Shown: piece after piece, positions 62,701-64,000 of the stretch
How the letters are laid out: the number at the start of each line of letters is the position of its first letter
How positions within the stretch are numbered: position 1 is the first letter of the stretch
NCBI GenBank assembly: GCA_964016885.1
Contig: OZ024741.1
Location: 222,704,001-222,768,000 of the forward strand
DNA: 64,000 nt
Reading direction: 5' to 3'
Origin: Eledone cirrhosa
Taxonomy: Eukaryota
Translations under genes and position numbers: made by a program
Notes under the pieces: generated by a model
What the model was told of the DNA's origin: nothing
What the model saw: the letters and a program-made list of their open reading frames with translations, nothing else
Database searches by the model: none

Positions 62701-63183
62701 GGTAGTGGTGGTAGTGGTACTAGTGGTGCTGGTGTTGGTAGTGGTGTTAGTGATGGTACTAGTGGTGCTGGTGTTGGTAGTGGTGTTAGTGGTGGTACTA
62801 GTGGTGCTGGTGTTGGTAGTGGTGTTAGTGATGGTACTAGTGGTGCTGGTGTTGGTAGTGGTGTTAGTGATGGTACTAGTGGTGCTGGTGTTGGTAGTGG
62901 TGTTAGTGGTGGTACTAGTGGTGCTTGTGTTGGTAGTGGTGTTAGTGATGGTACTAGTGCTGCTGGTGTTGGTACTGGTGTTAGTGATGGTACTAGTGGT
63001 GCTGGTGTTGGTAGTGGTGTTAGTGATGGTACTGGTGTTAGTTGTGGAGATGTTGGTAGTGGTACTAGTGGTGCTGGTCTTGAAAGTGGTGTTAGTGATG
63101 GTACTGGTGTTCGTTGTAAAAATGTTGGTAATGGTACTAGTGGTGCTGGTGTTGGTAATGATGTTTGTGATAGTAGTGGATAG
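47713..63183 (+). CDS. Candidate giant Gly/Ser silk-like frame, ([13 protein letters not shown])n
   Basis: ATG in GAAATGG context and TAG at 63181-63183. Short non-repetitive Cys-containing ends and no signal peptide. Coding status unproven. Confidence 0.3.
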   Translation: MGIFLDCGRGGDVNLVCCDGGSGTSGVGSGGSGTSGAGVGSGGSGTSGVGSGGSGTSGAGVGSGGSGTSGAGVGSGGSGTSGVGSGGSGTSGAGVGSGGSGTSGAGVGSGGSGTSGAGVGSGGSGTSGAGVGSGGSGTSGAGVGSGGSGTSGVGSGGSGTSGAGVGSGGSGTSGAGVGSGGSGTSGVGSGGSGTSGAGVGSGGSGTSGAGVGSGVSDGTSGTGVGSGVSDGTSAAGVGTGVSDGTSGAGVGSGVSDGTSGVGVGSGGSDGTSGAGVGSGGSDGTSGAGVGSGVSDGTSGAGVGSGDSDGTSGAGVGSGGSDGTSGVGVGSGGSDGTSGAGVGSGVSDGTSGAGVGSGVSDGTSGAGVGSGVSDGTSGVGVGSGVSDGTSGVGVGSGVSDGTSGVGVGSGVSDGTSGAGVGSGVSDGTSGVGVGSGVSDGTSGVGVGSGVSDGTSGVGVGSGVSDGTSGVGVGSGVSDGTSGAGVGSGGSDGTSGAGVGSGGSDGTSGAGVGSGVSDGTSGAGVGSGVSGGTSGAGVGSGVGDGTSGPGVGSGVSDGTSGAGVGSGGSDGTSGAGVGSGGSGTSGAGVGSGVSDGTSGAGVGSGVSDGTSGVGVGSGVSGGTSGAGVGSGVSDGTSGAGVGSGVSDGTSGAGVGSGVSDGTSGAGVGSGVSGGTSGAGVGSGVSDGTSGAGVGSGVSDGTSGAGVGSGGSDGTSGAGVGSGGSDGTSGAGVGSGVSDGTSGAGVGSGVSGGTSGAGVGSGVGDGTSGPGVGSGVSDGTSGAGVGSGGSDGTSGAGVGSGGCGTSGAGVGSGVSDGTSGAGVGSGVSDGTSGPGVGSGVSGTSGAGVGSGVSGAGVGSGGCGTSGAGVGSGVSDGTSGAGVGSGVSDGTSGPGVGSGVSGTSGAGVGSGTSGSGVGSGDSDGTSGAGVGSGVSGGTSGAGVGSGVSGGTSGAGVGSGGSDGTSGSGVGSGDSDGTSGSGVGSGDSDGTSGAGFGSGVSGGTSGAGVGSGVSDGTSGAGVGSGVSGGTSGAGVGSGVSGGTSGAGVGSGGSDGTSGAGVGSGGSDGTSGAGVGSGGSGGSSGAGVGSGGSGTSGAGVGSGVSDGSSGAGVGSGGSDASGAGVGSGGSGTSGAGVGSGGSDGTSGAGVGSGGSGTSGAGVGSGVSDGTSGAGVGSGGSDGTSGAGVGSGGSDGTSGAGVGSGGSDGTSGAGVGSGGSDGTSGAGVGSGVSDGTSGAGVGSGGSGTSGAGVGSGGSDGTSGAGVGSGGSDGTSGAGVGSGVSDGTSGAGVGSGVSDGTSGAGVGSGVSGTSGAGVGSGGCGTSGAGVGSGGSDGTSGAGVGSGVSDGTSGSGVGSGGSDGTSGAGVGSGGSGTSGAGVGSGVSDGTSGAGVGSGGSGTSGAGVGSGGSDGTSGAGVGSGVSDGTSGAGVGSGGSDGTSGAGVGSGVSDGTSGAGVGSGGSDGTSGAGVGSGGSDGTSGAGVGSGGSGTSGAGVGSGVSDGTSGAGVGSGGSGTSGAGVGSGVSDGTSGAGVGSGGSGGTSGAGVGSGVSDGTSGAGVGSGVSDGTSGAGVGSGVSDGTSGAGVGSGGSDGTSGAGVGSGVSDGTSGAGVGSGGSDGTSGAGVGSGGSDGTSGAGVGSGVSDGTSGAGVGSGGSDGTSGAGVGSGGSGTSGTGVGSGVSDGTSGAGVGSGVSDGTSGAGVGSGGSDGTSGAGVGSGVSDGTSGAGVGSGGSDGTSGAGVGSGGSGTSGTGVGSGVSDGTSGAGVGSGVSDGTSGAGVGSGGSDGTSGAGVGSGVSDGTSGAGVGSGVSDGTSGAGVGSGGSGTSGTGVGSGVSDGTSGAGVGSGVSGTSGAGVGSGVSGTSGAGVGSGGSGTSGAGVGSGVSDGTSGAGVGSGVSGTSGAGVGSGVSGTSGAGVGSGVSGTSGAGVGSGVSGTSGAGVGSGGSDGSSGAGVGSGGSDGTSGAGVGSGVSDGTSGAGVGSGGSDGSSGAGVGSGGSDGTSGAGVGSGVSDGTSGAGVGSGVSDGTSGAGVGSGVSDGTSGPGVGSGGSDGTSGAGVGSGGSDGTSGAGVGSGVSDGTSGAGVGSGGSDGTSGAGVGSGGSDGTSGAGVGSGVSDGTSGAGVGSGVSGTSGAGVSSGVSDGTSGAGVGSGVSDGTSGVGVGSGVSDGTSGAGVGSGVSDGTSGAGVGSGGSVTSGAGVSSGVSDGTSGAGVGSGGSDGTSGAGVGSGGSGTSGAGVGSGVSDGTSGAGVGSGGSDGTSGAGVGSGGSDGSSGAGVGSGGSYGTSGAGVGSGGSGTSGAGVGSGVSDGTSGPGVGSGGSDGTSGAGVGSGGSGTSGAGVGSGVSDGTSGAGVGSGGSDGTSGAGVGSGGSDGTSGAGVGSGGSDGTSGAGVGSGGSDGTSGAGVGSGVSDGTSGAGVGSGGSGTSGAGVGSGGSDGTSGAGVGSGGSDGTSGAGVGSGVSDGTSGAGVGSGVSDGTSGAGVGSGVSGTSGAGVGSGGCGTSGAGVGSGGSDGTSGAGVGSGVSDGTSGSGVGSGGSDGTSGAGVGSGGSGTSGAGVGSGVSDGTSGAGVGSGGSGTSGAGVGSGGSDGTSGAGVGSGVSDGTSGAGVGSGGSDGTSGAGVGSGVSDGTSGAGVGSGGSDGTSGAGVGSGGSDGTSGAGVGSGGSGTSGAGVGSGVSDGTSGAGVGSGGSGTSGAGVGSGVSDGTSGAGVGSGGSGGTSGAGVGSGVSDGTSGAGVGSGVSDGTSGAGVGSGVSDGTSGAGVGSGGSDGTSGAGVGSGVSDGTSGAGVGSGGSDGTSGAGVGSGGSDGTSGAGVGSGVSDGTSGAGVGSGGSDGTSGAGVGSGGSGTSGTGVGSGVSDGTSGVGVGSGVSDGTSGAGVGSGGSDGTSGAGVGSGVSDGTSGAGVGSGGSDGTSGAGVGSGGSGTSGTGVGSGVSDGTSGAGVGSGVSDGTSGAGVGSGGSDGTSGAGVGSGVSDGTSGAGVGSGVSDGTSGAGVGSGGSGTSGTGVGSGVSDGTSGAGVGSGVSGTSGAGVGSGVSGTSGAGVGSGVSGTSGAGVGSGVSGTSGAGVGSGVSGTSGAGVGSGVSGTSGAGVGSGGSDGSSGAGVGSGGSDGTSGAGVGSGVSDGTSGAGVGSGGSDGTSGAGVGSGVSDGTSGAGVGSGGSDGSSGAGVGSGGSDGTSGAGVGSGVSGTSGAGVSSGVSDGTSGAGVGSGVSDGTSGVGVGSGVSDGTSGAGVGSGVSDGTSGAGVGSGGSVTSGAGVSSGVSDGTSGAGVGSGGSDGTSGAGVGSGGSGTSGAGVGSGVSDGTSGAGVGSGGSDGTSGAGVGSGGSDGSSGAGVGSGGSYGTSGAGVGSGGSGTSGAGVGSGVSDGTSGPGVGSGVSDGTSGAGVGSGGSDGSSGAGVGNGGSDGTSGAGVGSGVSDGTSGVGVGSGVSDGTSGAGVGSGGSDGTSGAGVGSGVSGGTSGAGVGSGVSDGTSGAGVGSGVSDGTSGPGVGSGVCDGTSGAGVGSGVSDGTSGVGVGSGGCGTSGAGVGSGGSDGTSGAGVGSGVSDGTSGAGVGSGGSGTSGAGVGSGVSDGTSGAGVGSGVSDGTSGAGVGSGGSDGTSGAGVGSGVSDGTSGAGVGSGVSDGTSGVGVGSGVSDGTSGAGVGSGGSGTSGAGVGSGVSDGTSGAGVGSGVSDGTSGAGVGSGGSGTSGAGVGSGVSDGTSGAGVGSGVSDGTSGAGVGSGGSGTSGAGVSSGVSDGTSGAGVGSGGSGTSGAGVSSGVSDGTSGPGVGSGVSDGTSGAGVGSGGSDGTSGAGVGSGGSDGTSGAGVGSGVSDGTSGAGVGSGVSDGTSGAGVGCGVSDGTSGPGVGSGVSDGTSGAGVGAGVGSGGSGTSGPGVGSGGCGTSGAGVGSGVSDGTSGAGVGSGGSDGTSGAGVGSGVSDGTSGAGVGSGGSDGTSGAGVGSGVSDGTSGAGVGSGVSDGTSGAGVGSGVSDGTSGAGVGSGGSDGTSGAGVGSGVSDGTSGAGVGSGVSDGTSGVGVGSGVSDGTSGAGVGSGGSGTSGAGVGSGVSDGTSGAGVGSGVSDGTSGAGVGSGGSGTSGAGVGSGVSDGTSGAGVGSGVSDGTSGAGVGSGGSGTSGAGVSSGVSDGTSGAGVGSGGSGTSGAGVSSGVSDGTSGPGVGSGVSDGTSGAGVGSGGSDGTSGAGVGSGGSDGTSGAGVGSGVSDGTSGAGVGSGVSDGTSGAGVGCGVSDGTSGPGVGSGVSDGTSGAGVGAGVGSGGSGTSGPGVGSGGCGTSGAGVGSGVSDGTSGAGVGSGGSDGTSGAGVGSGVSDGTSGAGVGSGGSDGTSGAGVGSGVSDGTSGAGVGSGGSDGTSGAGVGSGGSDGTSGAGVGSGGSGGTSGAGVGSGGSGTSGAGVGSGVSDGTSGAGVGSGGRGTSGAGVGSGGSDGTSCAGVGSGVSDGTSGAGVGSGVSDGTSGAGVGSGVSDGTSGAGVGSGGCGTSGAGVGSGGSDGSSGAGVGSGVSDGTSGAGVGSGGSGTSGAGVGSGVSDGTSGAGVGSGGSDGTSGAGVGSGVSDGTSGAGVGSGGSDGTSGAGVGSGGSDGSSGAGVGSGVSDGTSGAGVGSGGSGTSGAGVGSGVSDGTSGAGVGSGVSDGTSGAGVGSGGSGTSGAGVGSGGSDGTSGAGVGSGGSDGTSGAGVGSGVSDGTSGAGVGSGVSDGTSGAGVGSGVSDGTSGAGVGSGVSDGTSGAGVGSGVSDGTSGAGVGSGGSDGTSGAGVGSGVSGGTSGPGVGSGGSDGTSGAGVGSGVSDGTSGPGVGSGVSDGTSGAGVGSGVSDGTSGPGVGSGGSDGTSGAGVGSGVSDGTSGPGVGSGVSDGTSGAGVGSGVSDGTSGPGVGSGGSDGTSGAGVGTGVSDGTSGPGVGSGGSDGTSGAGVGSGGSGTSGAGVGSGVSDGTSGAGVGSGVSDGTSGPGVGSGVSDGTSGAGVGSGVSDGTSGAGVGSGVSGGTRGAGVGSGGSDGTSGVGSGGSGTSGVGSGGSGTSGAGVGSGVSDGTSGAGVGSGVSGGTSGAGVGSGVSDGTSGAGVGSGVSDGTSGAGVGSGVSGGTSGACVGSGVSDGTSAAGVGTGVSDGTSGAGVGSGVSDGTGVSCGDVGSGTSGAGLESGVSDGTGVRCKNVGNGTSGAGVGNDVCDSSG

Positions 63184-63216
63184 GTTAGTATTGGTCGTGT
63201 TATAGTATTTGTTGTA
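47755..63216 (-). CDS. Candidate giant Thr/Asn/Ser mucin-like frame, ([13 protein letters not shown])n, 5153 open codons
   Basis: Exact antisense codon frame of the + Gly/Ser ORF. TAG at 47757-47755 sits at the array edge. There is no in-frame ATG; the T/N-rich ATG frame at 63508 is two 1-nt shifts away. Coding status unproven. Confidence 0.35.
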   Translation of the reverse strand, partial: YNKYYNTTNTNLSTTITNIITNTSTTSTITNIFTTNTSTITNTTFKTSTTSTTTNISTTNTSTITNTTTNTSTTSTITNTSTNTSSTSTITNTTTNTSTTSTTTNTTTNTSTTSTITNTTTNTSTTSTITNTTTNTSTTSTTTNTTTNTSTTSTITNTTTNTSTTSTTTTTTNTTSTTTTTTNTTSTITTTTTNTSTTSTTTNTTTNTSTTSTITNTTTNTSTTSTITNTTTNTRTTSTITNTTTNTSTTSTITNTTTNTSTTSTTTTTTNTSTTSTITTTTTNTRTTSTITNTSTNTSTTSTITTTTTNTRTTSTITNTTTNTSTTSTITNTTTNTRTTSTITNTTTNTSTTSTITTTTTNTRTTSTITNTTTNTSTTSTITNTTTNTRTTSTITNTTTNTSTTSTITTTTTNTRTTSTTTNTTTNTSTTSTITTTTTNTSTTSTITNTTTNTSTTSTITNTTTNTSTTSTITNTTTNTSTTSTITNTTTNTSTTSTITNTTTNTSTTSTITTTTTNTSTTSTITTTTTNTSTTSTTTTTTNTSTTSTITNTTTNTSTTSTITNTTTNTSTTSTTTTTTNTSTTSTITNTTTNTSTTTTITTATTNTSTTSTITTTTTNTSTTSTITNTTTNTSTTSTITTTTTNTSTTSTITNTTTNTSTTSTTTTTTNTSTTSTITNTTTNTSTTTTITTATTNTSTTSTTTTTTNTSTTSTITNTTTNTSTTSTITNTTTNTSTTSTITNTTTNTSTTSTITTTTTNTSTTSTTTTTTNTSTTSTITNTTTNTSTTSTTTTTTNTSTTSTTTTTTTNTSTTSTITTTTTNTSTTSTITTTTTNTSTTSTITNTTTNTSTTSTITTTTTNTSTTSTITNTTTNTSTTSTITTTTTNTSTTSTITNTTSNTSTTSTTTTTTNTRTTSTTTTTTNTSTNTSTTSTITNTTTNTRTTSTITNTTTNTSTTSTITNTTTNTSTTSTITNTTTNTSTTSTITTTTTNTSTTSTITTTTTNTSTTSTITNTTTNTRTTSTITNTTTNTSTTSTTTTTTNTSTTSTITNTTTNTSTTSTTTTTTNTSTTSTITNTTTNTSTTSTITNTTANTSTTSTTTTTTNTSTTSTITNTTTNTSTTSTITNTTTNTSTTSTTTTTTNTSTTSTITNTTTNTNTTSTITNTTTNTSTTSTITNTTTNTSTTSTITTTTTNTSTTSTITNTTTNTSTTSTITNTTTNTSTTSTITNTTTNTSTTSTITTTTTNTSTTSTITNTTTNTSTTSTITTTTTNTSTTSTITNTTSNTSTTSTTTTTTNTRTTSTTTTTTNTSTNTSTTSTITNTTTNTRTTSTITNTTTNTSTTSTITNTTTNTSTTSTITNTTTNTSTTSTITTTTTNTSTTSTITTTTTNTSTTSTITNTTTNTRTTSTITNTTTNTSTTSTTTTTTNTSTTSTITNTTTNTSTTSTTTTTTNTSTTSTITNTTTNTSTTSTITNTTANTSTTSTTTTTTNTSTTSTITNTTTNTSTTSTITNTTTNTSTTSTTTTTTNTSTTSTITNTTTNTNTTSTITNTTTNTSTTSTITNTTTNTSTTSTITTTTTNTSTTSTITNTTTNTSTTSTITNTTTNTSTTSTTTTTTNTSTTSTITNTTTNTSTTSTITTTTTNTSTTSTTTTTTNTNTTSTITNTTTNTSTTSTITNTTTNTRTTSTITNTTPNTSTTSTITNTTTNTSTTSTTTNTTTNTSTTSTITTTTTNTSTTSTITNTTTNTNTTSTITNTTTNTSTTSTITTTITNTSTTTTITTTTTNTSTTSTITNTTTNTRTTSTITNTTTNTSTTSTTTTTTNTSTTSTITTTTTNTSTTTTITTTTTNTSTTSTITTTTTNTSTTSTITNTTTNTSTTSTTTTTTNTSTTSTITTTTTNTSTTSTITNTTTNTSTTSNTTTTTNTSTTSTITNTTTNTSTTSTITNTTTNTNTTSTITNTTTNTSTTSTITNTTTNTSTTSTTNTAANTSTTSTITTTTTNTSTTTTITTTTTNTSTTSTITNTTTNTSTTSTITTTTTNTSTTSTITNTTTNTSTTSTITTTTTNTSTTTTITTTTTNTSTTSTTNTTTNTSTTSTTNTTTNTSTTSTTNTTTNTSTTSTTNTTTNTSTTSTTNTTTNTSTTSTTNTTTNTSTTSTITNTTTNTSTTSTTTTTTNTSTTSTITNTTTNTSTTSTITNTTTNTSTTSTITTTTTNTSTTSTITNTTTNTSTTSTITNTTTNTSTTSTTTTTTNTSTTSTITTTTTNTSTTSTITNTTTNTSTTSTITTTTTNTSTTSTITNTTTNTNTTSTITNTTTNTSTTSTTTTTTNTSTTSTITTTTTNTSTTSTITNTTTNTSTTSTITTTTTNTSTTSTITTTTTNTSTTSTITNTTTNTSTTSTITTTTTNTSTTSTITNTTTNTSTTSTITNTTTNTSTTSTITNTTTNTSTTSTTTTTTTNTSTTSTITNTTTNTSTTSTTTTTTNTSTTSTITNTTTNTSTTSTTTTTTNTSTTSTITTTTTNTSTTSTITTTTTNTSTTSTITNTTTNTSTTSTITTTTTNTSTTSTITNTTTNTSTTGSITTTTTNTSTTSTTTTTTNTSTTSTITNTTTNTSTTSTTTTTTNTSTTSTITTTTTNTRTTSTITNTTTNTSTTSTITTTTTNTSTTSTTTTTTNTSTTSTTNTTTNTSTTSTITNTTTNTSTTSTITNTTTNTSTTSTITTTTTNTSTTSSITTTTTNTSTTSTTTTTTNTSTTSTITNTTTNTSTTSTITTTTTNTSTTSTITTTTTNTSTTSTITTTTTNTSTTSTITTTTTNTSTTSTITNTTTNTSTTSTTTTTTNTSTTSTITTTTTNTRTTSTITNTTTNTSTTSTTTTTTNTSTTSTITTTTTNTSTTTTITTTTTNTSTTSTITTTTTNTSTTSTITNTTTNTSTTSTTTTTTNTSTTSTITTTTTNTSTTSTITNTTTNTSTTSNTTTTTNTSTTSTITNTTTNTSTTSTITNTTTNTNTTSTITNTTTNTSTTSTITNTTTNTSTTSTTNTTANTSTTSTITNTTTNTSTTSTITTTTTNTSTTSTITTTTTNTSTTSTITNTTTNTSTTSTITTTTTNTSTTSTITTTTTNTRTTSTITNTTTNTSTTSTITNTTTNTSTTSTITNTTTNTSTTSTITTTTTNTSTTTTITTTTTNTSTTSTITNTTTNTSTTSTITTTTTNTSTTTTITTTTTNTSTTSTTNTTTNTSTTSTTNTTTNTSTTSTTNTTTNTSTTSTTNTTTNTSTTSTITNTTTNTSTTSTTTTTTNTSTTSTTNTTTNTSTTSTTNTTTNTSTTSTITNTTTNTSTTSTTTTTTNTSTTSTITNTTTNTSTTSTITNTTTNTSTTSTITTTTTNTSTTSTITNTTTNTSTTSTITNTTTNTSTTSTTTTTTNTSTTSTITTTTTNTSTTSTITNTTTNTSTTSTITTTTTNTSTTSTITNTTTNTSTTSTITNTTTNTSTTSTTTTTTNTSTTSTITTTTTNTSTTSTITNTTTNTSTTSTITTTTTNTSTTSTITTTTTNTSTTSTITNTTTNTSTTSTITTTTTNTSTTSTITNTTTNTSTTSTITNTTTNTSTTSTITNTTTNTSTTSTTTTTTTNTSTTSTITNTTTNTSTTSTTTTTTNTSTTSTITNTTTNTSTTSTTTTTTNTSTTSTITTTTTNTSTTSTITTTTTNTSTTSTITNTTTNTSTTSTITTTTTNTSTTSTITNTTTNTSTTGSITTTTTNTSTTSTTTTTTNTSTTSTITNTTTNTSTTSTTTTTTNTSTTSTITTTTTNTRTTSTITNTTTNTSTTSTITTTTTNTSTTSTTTTTTNTSTTSTTNTTTNTSTTSTITNTTTNTSTTSTITNTTTNTSTTSTITTTTTNTSTTSSITTTTTNTSTTSTTTTTTNTSTTSTITNTTTNTSTTSTITTTTTNTSTTSTITTTTTNTSTTSTITTTTTNTSTTSTITTTTTNTSTTSTITNTTTNTSTTSTTTTTTNTSTTSTITTTTTNTSTTSTTTTTTNTSTTSITTTTTNTSTTTTITNTTTNTSTTSTTTTTTNTSTTTTTTTTTTNTSTTSTITTTTTNTSTTSTITTTTTNTSTTSTTTNTTTNTSTTSTTTNATTNTSTTSTITNTTANTSTTSTTTNTTTKTSTTSTITITTTNTRTTSTITITTTNTRTTSTITTTTTNTSTTSTTTNTTTNTSTTSTTTNTTTNTSTTSTITITTTNTRTTSTTTNTSTTSTTNTTTNTRTTSTITNTTTNTSTTSTITNTTTNTSTTSTTTTTTNTSTTNTTTNTSTTSTTNTTTNTRTTSTITNTTTNTSTTSTITNTTTNTSTTSTTTTTTNTSTTSTITTTTTNTSTTSTITNTTTNTRTTSTITNTTTNTSTTSTTTNTTTNTSTTSTITNTTTNTSTTSTITTTTTNTSTTSTITTTTTNTSTTSTVTNTTTNTSTTSTITNTTTNTSTTSTTTNTTTNTSTTSTITNTTTNTSTTSTITNTTTNTSTTSTITNTTTNTSTTSTTTNTTTNTNTTSTITNTTTNTSTTSTITNTTTNTSTTSTTTTTTNTSTTSTITTTTTNTSTTSTITNTTTNTRTTSTITNTTTNTSTTSTTTNTTTNTSTTSTITNTTTNTSTTSTITTTTTNTSTTSTITTTTTNTSTTSTITNTTTNTNTTSTITNTTTNTNTTSTITNTTTNTNTTSTITNTTTNTNTTSTITNTTTNTSTTSTITNTTTNTNTTSTITNTTTNTNTTSTITNTTTNTNTTSTITNTTTNTSTTSTITNTTTNTSTTSTITNTTTNTSTTSSITTTTTNTNTTSTITTTTTNTSTTSTITITTTNTSTTSTITNTTTNTSTTSTITTTTTNTSTTSTITTTTTNTNTTSTITNTTTNTSTTSTITNTSTNTSSTSTITNTTTNTSTTCTITNTTTNTSTTSTTTTTTNTSTTSTTTTTTNTTSTTTTTTNTSTTSTTTTTTNTSTTSTTTTTTNTTSTTTTTTNTSTTSTTTTTTNTSTTSTTTTTTNTSTTSTTTTTTNTSTTSTTTTTTNTSTTSTTTTTTNTTSTTTTTTNTSTTSTTTTTTNTSTTSTTTTTTNTTSTTTTTTNTSTTSTTTTTTNTTSTTTTITTN

Positions 63217-63480
63217 TTAGTAGCGGGAATGTTGGTAGTGCTACTAGTGGCACTGTTGTTGGTAGTGGTGTTTATGATAGTAGTGGCGAAGTTAGTATTG
63301 GTCGTGTTATTGTATTGGTAGTGTTGGTGGTGTTGATAGTGGCGTTTGTGATAGTAGAGGAGAGGTTAGTGGCGGTGATGTTGGTAGTGTTACTAGTGGT
63401 ACTAGTATTGGTAGTGATGTTCATGATATCAATAGTGGTGTTATTATTGGTGGTGTTAGTTATAGTGGTGTTGTTGTTGT
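47765..63480. repeat. ~15.5-kb tandem array of 39/36/30-bp units (GGTACTAGTGGTGCTGGTGTTGGTAGTGGTGTTAGTGAT), roughly 400 units
   Basis: Visible directly. Triplet phase is unbroken from 47.76 to 63.2 kb and degenerates over 63.0-63.48 kb. Confidence 0.98.
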
Positions 63481-63777
63481 TTAGTAAAACAGTGACAACT
63501 CTGGGCATGTTTAGATCTTATTTGACAACATCAGCAAAGCATAGTCTAACCGTATTGTTGTATCTTATGGATTTTAGACTGACTAGAGAATATTATTAGT
63601 ACTTTTGTTAATGAACATTGAGTTGCATAATAACTTAGAATACCGACTAGAATGGGCTATATTCTGGGATACCTTCTGCATGAAAAGCTCATAGTAAAGC
63701 GTACTCTAACATGTTTGATATTGAGAGCGAAAACATTTTAATTAATTAAAATTATACTCCCTTATTCTAGTCACCCT

Positions 63778-64000
63778 CAGGGCCGGATTAAGTCCTTTTG
63801 AGGCCCTTAGCGATTACAAGATTATGGTGCTCAGCATTGCCGGATTTAGGACAAATGAGGCCCTGTGCTAGTTAGGTTATGAGGTCCCTTACTTGGGCCC
63901 TGATTGAGGTAATTCATCGTATATTAATTTGGTAGGAAGATGGATTCCGCTGGCCAACATGGTCCCGTGCTTAAGCACACTTAAGCACAATGGTAAATTC
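63778..64000. mobile_element. Probable hAT-type MITE start, cut by the window edge
   Basis: CAGGGCCGGATT terminus with repeated GAGGCCC subterminal motifs. Confidence 0.5.

Noticed and set aside
47765-63200. Pro-rich minus frame ([13 protein letters not shown])n
   Set aside because: Interrupted by TAA at about 54528-54530 and 57702-57704.
47765-63205. 5146-aa poly-Val/Leu/Met ORF
   Set aside because: Its codons are nearly all NTN and so cannot be stops. The product is implausibly hydrophobic and is a by-product of the triplet periodicity.

Overview
AT-rich, microsatellite-saturated eukaryotic DNA. The SINE and repeat content resembles an octopod cephalopod genome (inference from recall). 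I cannot identify any host gene with confidence. Bases 1-47.7 kb are mostly transposable-element relics: RLE-type LINEs (R4/Dong-like, CRE-like), RTE pieces, an (ATAC)n-flanked non-autonomous retroposon, tRNA-type SINEs, Helitrons, Tc1, mariner and Chapaev3-like DNA transposons. There are also many Penelope-like (PLE) remnants with GIY-YIG fragments, minimal hammerhead-ribozyme motifs and fold-back inverted ends. Three things stand out. (1) A perfect 60 x 24-bp satellite starts exactly at a hammerhead-bearing PLE-like end and reuses its terminal bases. (2) Hammerhead-like and fold-back units are unusually numerous. (3) A ~15.5-kb array of 30/36/39-bp units never loses triplet phase. It reads as a silk-like Gly/Ser protein on + or a Thr/Asn mucin-like protein on -, and the minus frame is missing from the ORF track. 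Boundaries were read by eye and may be off by a few bases.
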